From: Candidatus Omnitrophota bacterium
GTDB lineage: Bacteria > Omnitrophota > Gorgyraeia > Zapsychrales > Fredricksoniimonadaceae
Length of the DNA: 47,100 bases
Assembly: GCA_002753745.1 (NCBI GenBank)
Contig: PEAR01000002.1
Coordinates: forward strand, 1 to 47,100
Direction: 5' to 3'
Part shown: positions 8,686 to 17,749 of the stretch, piece after piece
Numbering within the stretch: position 1 is the first letter of the stretch
Layout of the letters: every line of letters starts with the position of its first letter
Position numbers and translations under genes: made by a program
Notes under the pieces: model-generated
The model's database searches: none
What the model saw: the letters and a program-made list of their open reading frames with translations, nothing else
Told to the model about the DNA's origin: nothing

Positions 8686-11324
8686 GCCTTGATGCTCTCC
8701 TTGACGGTTTTCACCGCAGTATCAAACACCGCGATCAATTTCTGTGGGTCCTTGCACCCGGCCTGAGCCAAATTGGGCCTCCCGCCGCCAGATCCGCTAA
8801 AAAGCGGGGTCACTTTAGCCATCAGATCCCCGGCTTTCAGCCCTTTCTTGACCAAATCATCGGAAAGCATCAAAATGACCGCCCCGTCTTCGGCAGACGT
8901 CGCAGCCAGTAAAGCCACCACCGATGAACATTTCTGTCTTACCAGGTCAGCGATCTTACGCAGGGTTTCCATATCTGCACCCTTAAAAACGTGCGACACA
9001 AGAACTGCACCTGCAACGGTATCTGCCTTGGCAATAACATCAGTCAACGACCCTTTGATCACTTCAAAATTAAGATCCGATACTGTTTTCTGAAGATCTT
9101 TGATCCTTTTCGCCTGCTGTTCAACCCTCAGGGCAACTTCATCCGGAGATGATTTTAGTACAGCAGCCGCTTTTTCCAATTGCTTTTCTTTAGCCCTGAC
9201 CATTTCCAGTGCCCCGATTCCCGTCACCGCCTCGATGCGCCGGATCCCCTGAGCCACCGCACCCTCAGTGATGATCTTGAACAAACCCGCCTGGCCGGTC
9301 ACATCAAGATGCGCCCCGCCGCAAAACTCACGGGAATATTCTCCCGCGGCAACAACCCGCACCGTTTCGCCGTATTTCTCGGCAAAGAACGCTAACGCGC
9401 CGCTTTGCCTGGCTTCTTCAATAGTCATGACTTTCTTGGAAACGATATCACAACGGCGAATAAAACTGTTCACCGCATCTTCAACCTGTACAAGTTCTTC
9501 ACGACTAACACCCTTCGGATGGGTAAAATCAAAACGCAAATGATTTTCATCTACCGACGATCCCTGCTGTTTAATATGCTCCCCCAGCACCAGACGCAAC
9601 GCCGCCTGCAATAAATGGGTAGCGGTATGATTGCGCGTAATGGCCATGCGACGCTCACCGTCAATAGACGCCGTCACCAGTTCGCTCACCTTAATAACCC
9701 CTTTGACGATCCCGCGATGCACAAAAACATCGCGTTGCTTTTGGGTATCTTTCACATCCAGGGCGCCGTTCTTGCCCTTAATAAAGCCGGTATCAGCGGC
9801 CTGGCCGCCCTGCTCGGCATAAAATGGACTTTTGTCCAACACCATTGCCGCGCGATCACCATCATTAGCCTGCGCAACGCTCTTTCCGTCGACAAAAACC
9901 GCCAATACTGTCACATCCGCTGACGGCAGCTCAAACCCGACAAACTCCGTTTTGGGCAAGCCCGTCACATCCACGTCTCCAGAAAGAAAGACATCCCCCT
10001 GCATTTTACTGCCGGCCCGGGAACGCTCTTTCTGGTCATTCATCAACTTCTCAACGATCGCCATCGCCTGGGCCAGGATATCCGCCGAAAAGACTGCGGC
10101 AGCTTTTTCCTGAATTAAATTAACGGGCAACCCGTACGTATCGCGATATAAGAACATCCGGGCGCCAAGATCATCAACGCTAACATTATCTGCCTTTAAT
10201 CGTTGCAGCTCACTGATATATTCCGGCACTTTCTCACCGTTAAGTTTGATCACGGCCTCTTCGACACGCTTTACTGAAAGAGTAATATCTTTCTCTTTAG
10301 CAACAAGGTCCGGATAAGGCCCCTTCATGACGGAAACCACAACGCCAACCAGCGAATGAACGATCGGCTTTTTGATCCCGGCCTGAATAAAAATATTGGT
10401 CATGTCTACAATAAGACGACGCATCACGTAGCCGCGGCCTTCGTTTGACGGAATAACACCATCGCCTAAGCCGAAAGTCACCGCCCGAATATGATCGGCG
10501 ATCACACGATTTTCACGCAGCGTGATGGAAGCGTTCTCTGCTGTCACGGCCTTCTTGATCGCACTCATGATATCGATAAAAAGATCTGACTCATAATTAT
10601 TCTTCTTGCCCTGCATCACCGCTGTCAGACGCTCCAGTCCCATGCCGGTATCAATATTTTTCGCCGGCAATGGCTCAAGAACGCCGCCGTCTTTACGATT
10701 ATACTGAGTAAAAACCAGGTTCCAGACTTCGCAAAAGCGGCCACAATTGCAATCCGGGTTACAATCAGGATTCTGGCAATTATTAACGCCCCAATCAAAA
10801 AATATTTCCGAGCAGGGGCCGCAAGGGCCATTAGGACCATTAAGCCGGGCATTGGAAGGCCAAAAATTTGATTTGTCGCCGAGTTTAACGATCCTGCCGG
10901 CCGGGACCTTGATCTCGTTTAACCAGATCGCGTAAGCCTCATCATCGTCCTTATTAACCGAAACCCACAGCCTATCGGCGGGGATATTCATCACGGTCGT
11001 CAGAAATTCCCAGGCCCAGTGGATCGCGTCTTTCTTGAAGTAATCACCAAAAGAAAAATTCCCGAGCATTTCAAACATTGTATGATGAAAATCCGTCACC
11101 CCTACTTCAGGCAGGTCGTCGGTGCGCAGGCATTTCTGCGAGGAAGCCGCGCGGGTAAACCCGGTAATATGTCCCATGAATTGCGGCTTGAACTGCTGCA
11201 TGCCGGCCGTCGTAAAAAGCACCGTCGGATCGTCTTTTGGAACCAGCGAATCACTGACCGCAACCTTATGCCCTTTTGAAGCAAAGAATTCCAAAAACTT
11301 TGAGCGTATCTCGTGTCCTGTCAT
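8682..11324 (-). CDS. alaS: Alanine--tRNA ligase AlaS, 880 aa
   Basis: N-terminal IR..FL.FF..KGH....S.SLVP.DDPT.LFT.AGM..FKP, FEMLGNFSFGDYFK, the editing-domain HTATHLL and CGG.H motifs, and a C-terminal DHHA1-like GGGG.P..AQAG. ATGA overlap with the hisD start. Confidence 0.97.
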   Translation of the reverse strand: MTGHEIRSKFLEFFASKGHKVAVSDSLVPKDDPTVLFTTAGMQQFKPQFMGHITGFTRAASSQKCLRTDDLPEVGVTDFHHTMFEMLGNFSFGDYFKKDAIHWAWEFLTTVMNIPADRLWVSVNKDDDEAYAIWLNEIKVPAGRIVKLGDKSNFWPSNARLNGPNGPCGPCSEIFFDWGVNNCQNPDCNPDCNCGRFCEVWNLVFTQYNRKDGGVLEPLPAKNIDTGMGLERLTAVMQGKKNNYESDLFIDIMSAIKKAVTAENASITLRENRVIADHIRAVTFGLGDGVIPSNEGRGYVMRRLIVDMTNIFIQAGIKKPIVHSLVGVVVSVMKGPYPDLVAKEKDITLSVKRVEEAVIKLNGEKVPEYISELQRLKADNVSVDDLGARMFLYRDTYGLPVNLIQEKAAAVFSADILAQAMAIVEKLMNDQKERSRAGSKMQGDVFLSGDVDVTGLPKTEFVGFELPSADVTVLAVFVDGKSVAQANDGDRAAMVLDKSPFYAEQGGQAADTGFIKGKNGALDVKDTQKQRDVFVHRGIVKGVIKVSELVTASIDGERRMAITRNHTATHLLQAALRLVLGEHIKQQGSSVDENHLRFDFTHPKGVSREELVQVEDAVNSFIRRCDIVSKKVMTIEEARQSGALAFFAEKYGETVRVVAAGEYSREFCGGAHLDVTGQAGLFKIITEGAVAQGIRRIEAVTGIGALEMVRAKEKQLEKAAAVLKSSPDEVALRVEQQAKRIKDLQKTVSDLNFEVIKGSLTDVIAKADTVAGAVLVSHVFKGADMETLRKIADLVRQKCSSVVALLAATSAEDGAVILMLSDDLVKKGLKAGDLMAKVTPLFSGSGGGRPNLAQAGCKDPQKLIAVFDTAVKTVKESIKA

Positions 11325-11797
11325 ATTTCCCTTATTACCTTGTTAATAGTCCCTGCTGAGAAACCTCGCCGAGCCAGATAATCCATCATACGTTTTTTGC
11401 GTTTACGCGGTTCAATGCCCCGATATAACCTGCCCCTCCGCTCGACAATCGCTAAAGCCACCGCAACTTCATCATGGTCGCTGCGAACACTTTCCCAAAG
11501 GTCGGTGACGATCTCTTTCGCAATGCCTTTTTGAGCTAACTCGCGGGCAACGCGGCTAAAACCGTATTTCTTGAGCCGGCCCTGCATCCAGACCCTGGCA
11601 AAAGCCGCATCGTCAATGAATCCCAGAACCTTGAATTTATCGACAATGATTGAACAAATGTCCAGCGTAAAACCTTTGACGGCCAACTTCGCTTTTAATT
11701 CAGCTTCGCTGCGGGGCCTTAATTTAAAAAGGCGAAGGGCGTACCCCTTCGCCTTTTTTAAGCTCTGCTCTGTCTCAACATCATCCACCGGGATCAC
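11321..11797 (-). CDS. recX: Recombination regulator RecX, 158 aa
   Basis: Size, helical-repeat composition (A...AL..L..R.RSE.EL..KL...G) and position overlapping recA upstream and alaS downstream (the classical recA-recX-alaS arrangement). Confidence 0.8.
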   Translation of the reverse strand: MIPVDDVETEQSLKKAKGYALRLFKLRPRSEAELKAKLAVKGFTLDICSIIVDKFKVLGFIDDAAFARVWMQGRLKKYGFSRVARELAQKGIAKEIVTDLWESVRSDHDEVAVALAIVERRGRLYRGIEPRKRKKRMMDYLARRGFSAGTINKVIREI

Positions 11798-12858
11798 TCC
11801 GCGGATTTTTTAGCCTCAGGCTTGACCGGCGCGTCTTTGGCCCTGGCTTTCTCGATGATCAGCTTCTCAAGTTTCTGAGCCGCTTTTACATTTTCTTCAA
11901 AGAACTTCTTGGCATTATCCCGGCCCTGTCCAACCCGTTCACCTTCAAACGTAAACCAGGCGCCCGCTTTGTCCAAAACATTGAATTTTACGCCCAGATC
12001 AACCAGATCGCTGGACTGGGAAATGCCTTCATTAAAATAGATCTCAAACTCGGCATCACGGAACGGCGCCGCCACCTTATTCTTGACGATCTTGGCACGC
12101 ACCCGGTTACCGATCACCTCATCACCTTTTTTAATCGACTCAATCCGGCGCAAATCAATACGCACCGAAGCATAAAACTTCAAGGCATTACCGCCGGTGG
12201 TGGTCTCGGGATTCCCGAACATCACCCCGATCTTCATCCGGATCTGGTTAATGAAAATGATCGACGTGTTCGACTTGCTGATAACCGCCGTCAGTTTACG
12301 CAACGCCTGCGACATCAACCGGGCGTGCAGCCCCATATGACTGTCGCCCATCTCACCCTCGATCTCGGCCTTGGGCGTCAGTGCCGCAACAGAATCGATG
12401 ATCACCAAATCTACCGCATTGGAACGCACCAGTGTTTCCGCGATCTCAAGCGCCTGCTCGCCGGTATCCGGCTGGGAGACCAGAAGGTCGTCAAGCTTGA
12501 CCCCGATCTTCGCCGCATAGGACGCATCAAAAGCATGCTCCGCATCAATAAACGCCGCTGTCCCGCCCTTTTTCTGGATCTGACGGATAATGCTCAAGGT
12601 CAGCGTCGTTTTTCCCGACGATTCCGGCCCAAAGATCTCAACCACCCGCCCGCGAGGAATCCCGCCAACACCCAAAGCCAGGTCAATCCCCAGAGAACCG
12701 GTAGAAATTGAATCCACATCAGCCCGAATGGTCCCATCCAGCTTCATGATGGATCCCTTGCCGAACTGCTTTTCGATCTGCGTCAACGCCAGATCAAGCG
12801 CCTTACGCCTGTTGTCCAACTCCGCCGGTGTAAATCCGGCTTTCTTCACATCACTCAT
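11794..12858 (-). CDS. recA: Recombinase RecA, 354 aa
   Basis: [18 protein letters not shown], Walker [34 protein letters not shown] and [27 protein letters not shown] prefer ATG 12858 with a GGGAGG RBS 5-6 nt upstream. The track start 12870 is a GTG that overlaps that RBS. Confidence 0.97.
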   Translation of the reverse strand: MSDVKKAGFTPAELDNRRKALDLALTQIEKQFGKGSIMKLDGTIRADVDSISTGSLGIDLALGVGGIPRGRVVEIFGPESSGKTTLTLSIIRQIQKKGGTAAFIDAEHAFDASYAAKIGVKLDDLLVSQPDTGEQALEIAETLVRSNAVDLVIIDSVAALTPKAEIEGEMGDSHMGLHARLMSQALRKLTAVISKSNTSIIFINQIRMKIGVMFGNPETTTGGNALKFYASVRIDLRRIESIKKGDEVIGNRVRAKIVKNKVAAPFRDAEFEIYFNEGISQSSDLVDLGVKFNVLDKAGAWFTFEGERVGQGRDNAKKFFEENVKAAQKLEKLIIEKARAKDAPVKPEAKKSAE

Positions 12859-12901
12859 AAAACCTCCCACTTAAAGATTAATAATGTTTGGGGGGACGAT
12901 G

Positions 12902-12930
12902 ATTATACTTAAGGGGTTGCAGGTTGTCAA
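12902..12930 (-). promoter_or_regulatory. Consensus sigma70-type promoter for recA
   Basis: The minus strand reads TTGACA (12930..12925), an exact 17 nt spacer, then TATAAT (12907..12902). This lies about 44 nt upstream of the recA ATG. Both hexamers are perfect consensus. Confidence 0.7.
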
Positions 12931-12981
12931 AAGAAGAGTTATTTGACAGTTTAATTAAAGAAAAGCTATTAATTTTATCTA

Positions 12982-14346
12982 TTATTGCTTTGCGGCAACA
13001 GCCGCAGAAATCTGAGCAACAACATAATTAAGCATTTCGTCCGTCATTCCAGGGTAAACACCTACCCAGAAGGTGTCACGCATTATCTTGTCAGTAATTC
13101 TCAAATCACCAACACTACGGAACCCTTTTTGAGCCTTTCGCATGTCATCGAAACAGGGCTGTCTGACAAGATTACCCGCAAAAAGCATGCGCGTCTGAAT
13201 ACCCTGTTTCTCAAGATGCGCCACGATCTGATCCCGACTAAATCCGGCACCTTCCTGCAATGTCAGCGGAAAACCAAACCAGCTAGGATCAGAATTGCGG
13301 GTGGGCTCTGGCAGGATAAACGTGTGGTTCAAGAAGAAAAGCCGCTCTTTAAGCAAAGACCAATTCTTTTTACGAATCTCAATGAAAAAAGGCAATTTTT
13401 CCAACTGGGCACAACCAATGGCCGCCTGCATTTCTGTAGCTTTAAGATTGAATCCGAAATGTGAATAGACGTATTTATGATCATACCCATACGGCAAGTC
13501 GCCCGACTGAAAAGAAAAACGCTTTTGGCATGTATTATCTTTACCCGGCGGACACGCACAGTCCCTGCCCCAGTCCCGAAATGATTCTATTAATTGTTTT
13601 AACAACAAGTCGTTCGTATAAACGGCCCCGCCTTCACCCATCGTAATATGATGTGCGGGATAAAAACTCGACGTTCCTATGTGCCCTATCGTGCCTGTAT
13701 ATTGCCATTTGCCATTCAAGCAATATTTGGATCCCAGAGCATCACAATTGTCTTCGATCAGCCACAACTTATGTTTAGCACAAAAATCATAAACAGCCTG
13801 AAGATCAAACGGATTCCCTAAGGTATGAGCCACCATGACAGATTTTGTTTTTTTTGAAAGGGCTTCCGAGAGTTGTGTCACATCGATATTGTAGGTTGGT
13901 AAAGAAATATCCACAAAAACAGGCACCGCACCATATTGGATGATCGGGGTGACAGTAGTTGGGAACCCCGCAGCCACGGTAATAACTTCATCTCCCGGAT
14001 TAATACGCCGTTCGCCTAATTTAGACGACGTCAATGCCATAAATGCAAGCAAATTTGCTGATGACCCGGAATTGACAACTGAACAATATTTAACACCATT
14101 AAACGCTGCAAATTCGTGTTCAAAACGTTGTATATAGCGCCCACTCGTCAGCCAAAAATCCAAAGAGGCATCAACAAGACTCTCGAGCTCCTTTGAATCA
14201 AAGACCCTGCCGCCATAAGCAATCCGCTCGCCTGGCTGAAAGACTTTTGAATGGCCAAAAGTTTCACGATAATACTCCTGAACCTTTTCCAGGATCTCCT
14301 GGCGCAACAGTTCCGCTTTACTCATAGCACCTTCGATACCGTTCAT
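12982..14346 (-). CDS. rfbH: CDP-4-keto-6-deoxyglucose 3-dehydrase (E1 / RfbH / DdhC)-like PMP enzyme, 454 aa
   Basis: DegT/DnrJ/EryC1 fold with RfbH-specific strings: [37 protein letters not shown] and [16 protein letters not shown]. In the last string His occupies the position of the Schiff-base Lys, which is the E1 hallmark. The Cys motif [12 protein letters not shown] (C-x-C-x7-C) matches the E1 [2Fe-2S] site. An alternative start is ATG 14325. Confidence 0.8.
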   Translation of the reverse strand: MNGIEGAMSKAELLRQEILEKVQEYYRETFGHSKVFQPGERIAYGGRVFDSKELESLVDASLDFWLTSGRYIQRFEHEFAAFNGVKYCSVVNSGSSANLLAFMALTSSKLGERRINPGDEVITVAAGFPTTVTPIIQYGAVPVFVDISLPTYNIDVTQLSEALSKKTKSVMVAHTLGNPFDLQAVYDFCAKHKLWLIEDNCDALGSKYCLNGKWQYTGTIGHIGTSSFYPAHHITMGEGGAVYTNDLLLKQLIESFRDWGRDCACPPGKDNTCQKRFSFQSGDLPYGYDHKYVYSHFGFNLKATEMQAAIGCAQLEKLPFFIEIRKKNWSLLKERLFFLNHTFILPEPTRNSDPSWFGFPLTLQEGAGFSRDQIVAHLEKQGIQTRMLFAGNLVRQPCFDDMRKAQKGFRSVGDLRITDKIMRDTFWVGVYPGMTDEMLNYVVAQISAAVAAKQ

Positions 14347-14355
14347 GATCGTCGA

Positions 14356-15237
14356 TCATTTATCATACAGCAATAATGAGCGATCAATTTTACCCTGATT
14401 AACCCTATACCAGTTATATAAATCACCTAAGCAAGTATCCATATCCTTAAACTGAAAATGGCCTATCTCATTAATCAATCGCGAATTATCCCCACTATAT
14501 TCAGCTTTCAAGCCGGGCTCAGCGACCTTAATATCAAGATTCTTACCAGAAACCCTTAAGATCTTACGAGCCAATGTCAAAAGATCATGTGTGCGCCCGG
14601 TACAAATATTATAAACTTTTTCTTTCGTCTGGTTCTGCATAAACCAATCAACTATCTTAACTAAATCATCAATAAATAGATAATCAAAGAATACGTTCTG
14701 CTTTATCGTGATTGGCAGGTCAAACAACGCTTTGCAACAAGCATTGGAAATAAAACGGATTTCCCAATCCTCGTATTTACCAAACACCCCAAAAAGGCGC
14801 AGATTATAAATATTCTTTGATTGCTCCAGTTCATTATTGATCAAATATTTTGATAAACCATAAGAGTCACCAGGAATATGCTTGCCAAAATACGCCTCAT
14901 TCATCCTTGGAATCCAGTGTTCACGATCAAACTCCGCACCCGATCCAAAAGTAAATAACTTCCCATAAGAATCAGAACAACGAGAAAGATTTAAAAACAT
15001 ACCCCGATTAGAATTCAAAACCAAGGAAGTGTCTTTTGTCGAATTCCGCGTGGCATTCCAAACTGCGGCATGGATCACTACATCAAAACGATTTTGTTTA
15101 AGATACGCCCGAACTTTATTAGCATCTAAAAGATCAAGCTCTTTACTTCCAGGGGCCTCAATCTGATACTCTCCTGTAAGCTGTTCTTTAAGATTACGCC
15201 CGATAAAACCTGTACCCCCGGTAATCAGAATTTTCAT
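14356..15237 (-). CDS. NAD(P)-dependent sugar epimerase/reductase (short extended SDR), 293 aa
   Basis: MKILITGGTGFIGRNL Rossmann motif and a YGLSK catalytic Y-x3-K. The size is closer to NDP-4-ketohexose reductases (paratose/abequose synthase class) than to 4,6-dehydratases. The specific activity is not assignable. Confidence 0.7.
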   Translation of the reverse strand: MKILITGGTGFIGRNLKEQLTGEYQIEAPGSKELDLLDANKVRAYLKQNRFDVVIHAAVWNATRNSTKDTSLVLNSNRGMFLNLSRCSDSYGKLFTFGSGAEFDREHWIPRMNEAYFGKHIPGDSYGLSKYLINNELEQSKNIYNLRLFGVFGKYEDWEIRFISNACCKALFDLPITIKQNVFFDYLFIDDLVKIVDWFMQNQTKEKVYNICTGRTHDLLTLARKILRVSGKNLDIKVAEPGLKAEYSGDNSRLINEIGHFQFKDMDTCLGDLYNWYRVNQGKIDRSLLLYDK

Positions 15238-15728
15238 ATGTATTTTCGATAAATTGCCTGTACCGTCACCAAATTCTCAGGGCAAAAATCATGCCACATT
15301 AAATAACCAGGATCTGTTGGCATCATCCCGTTATTGGCGGTAAGAAATGTTTCGGTTAAAAAGCACTTAAATAAAAAAGAAATAAAATGCCCTCTTTCAT
15401 CCTGCTCCGGCAGAATCAACTCATTAACAGCAATTGGCACCTTGTCAAAAATAATGCCGGTTCCGATCTCTGTCTCAGCCACTTTCAGGACTCTAGTTTC
15501 CAACTTTTCCTTGAATCGAAGAATCCCTCCCGGCAGATGCCAGCCCTTACCCGCGCAGCCATCATCCCGCCATGACAGAAGAGTGCGTCCTCGCTCATCC
15601 TTGATTAATAAATCGACATTTACCAGAGGCGTAATTCTGCTCATCAGGCGAAACACCTCCTTAGGTAATCCGCGAGAAGGATCGCCGACCTGCTTATTCA
15701 AAATTGCTACAGCCTGAATAATATTCAT
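15234..15728 (-). CDS. Nudix-fold protein, GDP-mannose mannosyl hydrolase (Gmm/WcaH)-like, 164 aa
   Basis: TPLVNVDLLIKDERGRTLLSWR.......GWHLPGGILRFKEKLETRVLKVAETEIG parallels the Gmm layout (TPLVSLDFIV ... W.VPGGR). The Nudix box is degenerate (G-x5-E-x7-KV-A-ET-E-I-G). Confidence 0.5.
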   Translation of the reverse strand: MNIIQAVAILNKQVGDPSRGLPKEVFRLMSRITPLVNVDLLIKDERGRTLLSWRDDGCAGKGWHLPGGILRFKEKLETRVLKVAETEIGTGIIFDKVPIAVNELILPEQDERGHFISFLFKCFLTETFLTANNGMMPTDPGYLMWHDFCPENLVTVQAIYRKYI

Positions 15729-15755
15729 CCCTCACCTTAACGAATAGTGATTATA

Positions 15756-17291
15756 CTAATCAGCTTTACTTCCGAAAGAAAAGACCCGAAGGAACTCCCT
15801 CAAAGATAAGGCGGTGTCCTTTTTTATAACCATAAAATAAAAAAGCTGGAAAAACTTAACTGTCATATAGAAAAAGAGCAGCGCATACGCCGGAATTCTT
15901 TTAACGTTTTCTAAAGTTTGTGTCAAAGAAAATGACGCTGTATCTTTATTAGGACGAGCAAGATTCTTTCTAAAACGTCGGACATCCAGATAAAATGCAA
16001 AGATCGAAAATAAAATGTCTCGCCTGAGTTCTGCCTCACTCATCCCGGGCGGAACGTAAGAAAAAGGAGTCAACTTGAAAGGATTCTCGATAAAAGTCGA
16101 GACACTGTTAAAATTTTCGTATATACCAACAATATTTAACCGGTCTTCCCTCTTTGCAATCTCATATAATTCTGTCCCGGGGTAAGGTGTCGCGTTATTA
16201 AAACGAATCGTATCAATCTGCAAATCACGGGTCATTTTTAGGCAATCTCTGCGCGTCTTCATTGTCTCGCCCGGCAACCCAAAAATAAACGTTGCACTGA
16301 CAATGAATCCGATACTTTTCGCTATTTGCACTGCCTTAACACAATCGGCCACCGTCTCGTTTTTCTTGATCAGTCTAAGCACCTTATCGTCAGAACTCTC
16401 GATTCCAAAGAATATATATTTAAAACCAACAGCATATAATTCTTTAAGAATATCAAAGGAAACATGATCGGCTCTACCCTGGAAACTGAAAGTCATCTTA
16501 TTATTCAGTCCGCGAAGTCGGATTTCGGCAATCAGTTCAGAAAGTTTATTTTTATCAAAAAGAAAGTTATCATCAAGAAAAGCAATGAACCGCTTATTGT
16601 GTTTAACATAAAGCATTTCCAGGTCATCAACAACTTTCCTGGGATCACGAAAACGGTATTTCTTACCCGTAACAACCCGATTACTGCAAAAAATACAGTC
16701 ATAAGGACAGCCCCGGGAAGCCATGACAAATTCCAGATCATATTTCGGAGACTTAAAGAGATGATATGGAAAGGAGGGCAAATTATTAACGTCAACACTT
16801 TCTAATGACTTCGGATTATGAACAATTTGACCGTTCAACCGATAAGAAAGATTCGCTAAAGAATGCAGATCTTTCCCGCTCTTAAGCGCTCTATAGAGGT
16901 TAACAATGACATGATCGGCTTCGCCTCTGACAACATAATCAACTTGAAGAAAATCAAGCATTTCATCCGGCATTGCCGAGGGGTGAACCCCGCCGAATAC
17001 AACGACAGACTGCGGATAAAGTTGTTTAATGATTTTAGCCAATTCCAGGGATCTATTCAAATTGGCGGTTAAAACACTGAAACCAAAAATAAACGGCGGG
17101 TTTAATCTCTTAACAAGGTCAGCAATAACTTGGAGCGTATTTTCTTCAACCTGCTCATCAATAATTTCAGCCGTACAGCCAGCCTCAAGCAATACACTCA
17201 CCAAAGTTCCAATGCCGAGCGGAACAATGACGGGAAGGAATGGTTGAAAAGCTTTTAAGGTATTACGTGAAGAGGCATTAACGAAAATCAT
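15756..17291 (-). CDS. B12-binding-domain radical SAM enzyme (class B), 511 aa
   Basis: N-terminal Rossmann-like cobalamin-binding region (VVFGGVHPS, Y.VRGEAD), followed by SRGCPYDCIFC (C-x3-C-x2-C). Confidence 0.8.
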   Translation of the reverse strand: MIFVNASSRNTLKAFQPFLPVIVPLGIGTLVSVLLEAGCTAEIIDEQVEENTLQVIADLVKRLNPPFIFGFSVLTANLNRSLELAKIIKQLYPQSVVVFGGVHPSAMPDEMLDFLQVDYVVRGEADHVIVNLYRALKSGKDLHSLANLSYRLNGQIVHNPKSLESVDVNNLPSFPYHLFKSPKYDLEFVMASRGCPYDCIFCSNRVVTGKKYRFRDPRKVVDDLEMLYVKHNKRFIAFLDDNFLFDKNKLSELIAEIRLRGLNNKMTFSFQGRADHVSFDILKELYAVGFKYIFFGIESSDDKVLRLIKKNETVADCVKAVQIAKSIGFIVSATFIFGLPGETMKTRRDCLKMTRDLQIDTIRFNNATPYPGTELYEIAKREDRLNIVGIYENFNSVSTFIENPFKLTPFSYVPPGMSEAELRRDILFSIFAFYLDVRRFRKNLARPNKDTASFSLTQTLENVKRIPAYALLFFYMTVKFFQLFYFMVIKKDTALSLREFLRVFSFGSKAD

Positions 17292-17308
17292 TAAAAACTC
17301 CGAGAAAA

Positions 17309-17749
17309 TTACAGATTCTCAGTATGCTCATGAGTTCTAAAAGAAAACCATTTCTGGCCGAAATAATTATACACAGTAGAAATCACAAAACACACGCCCT
17401 GAGCCAAAACCGGATGAAGTCCAAACAAACTGACTGCTACAAACATCAGAGCAAAACCTAAAACCATACTTCCACCATAAACCACATAACACCTTAAATA
17501 TTCTCTTAGAAAATTGCCCTTAGTTCTAAAAACAAAGAATTTCTGACATAAATAAGTATTTGTCATGGCAAGAATATTAACGGGTATCAACAACACCAGA
17601 TAGTGCACTTGATGCTGCCACCACTGGTAGAAAAGAGCGTAAACGCCGACCATAAAAAGAACGTTCCACCCGCCAACCAGCAAATAACGCGTCAGGCGAT
17701 ATAATTCATCCTTGCTCATTCTAGTCAAAGTTAAGCTTTTCATCCTCAA
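17309..17749 (-). CDS. GtrA-family small membrane protein (polyprenyl-P-sugar flippase-like), about 136-146 aa
   Basis: Four predicted TM helices. L.RY.LVGG.N..F....Y..F at the N-terminus and F.F at the C-terminus are typical of GtrA. Sits immediately downstream of a GtrB-like GT2. Start is uncertain: TTG 17749, ATG 17743 or ATG 17719. Confidence 0.65.
   Translation of the reverse strand: MRMKSLTLTRMSKDELYRLTRYLLVGGWNVLFMVGVYALFYQWWQHQVHYLVLLIPVNILAMTNTYLCQKFFVFRTKGNFLREYLRCYVVYGGSMVLGFALMFVAVSLFGLHPVLAQGVCFVISTVYNYFGQKWFSFRTHEHTENL

Noticed and set aside
11794-12870. GTG start for recA at 12870 (MGGFMSD...).
   Set aside because: That GTG overlaps the GGGAGG Shine-Dalgarno sequence, which is correctly spaced for the ATG at 12858.
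12925-12948. The palindrome upstream of recA as an E. coli-type LexA SOS box.
   Set aside because: It does not fit CTGT-N8-ACAG. It is retained only as an unclassified inverted repeat in the findings.
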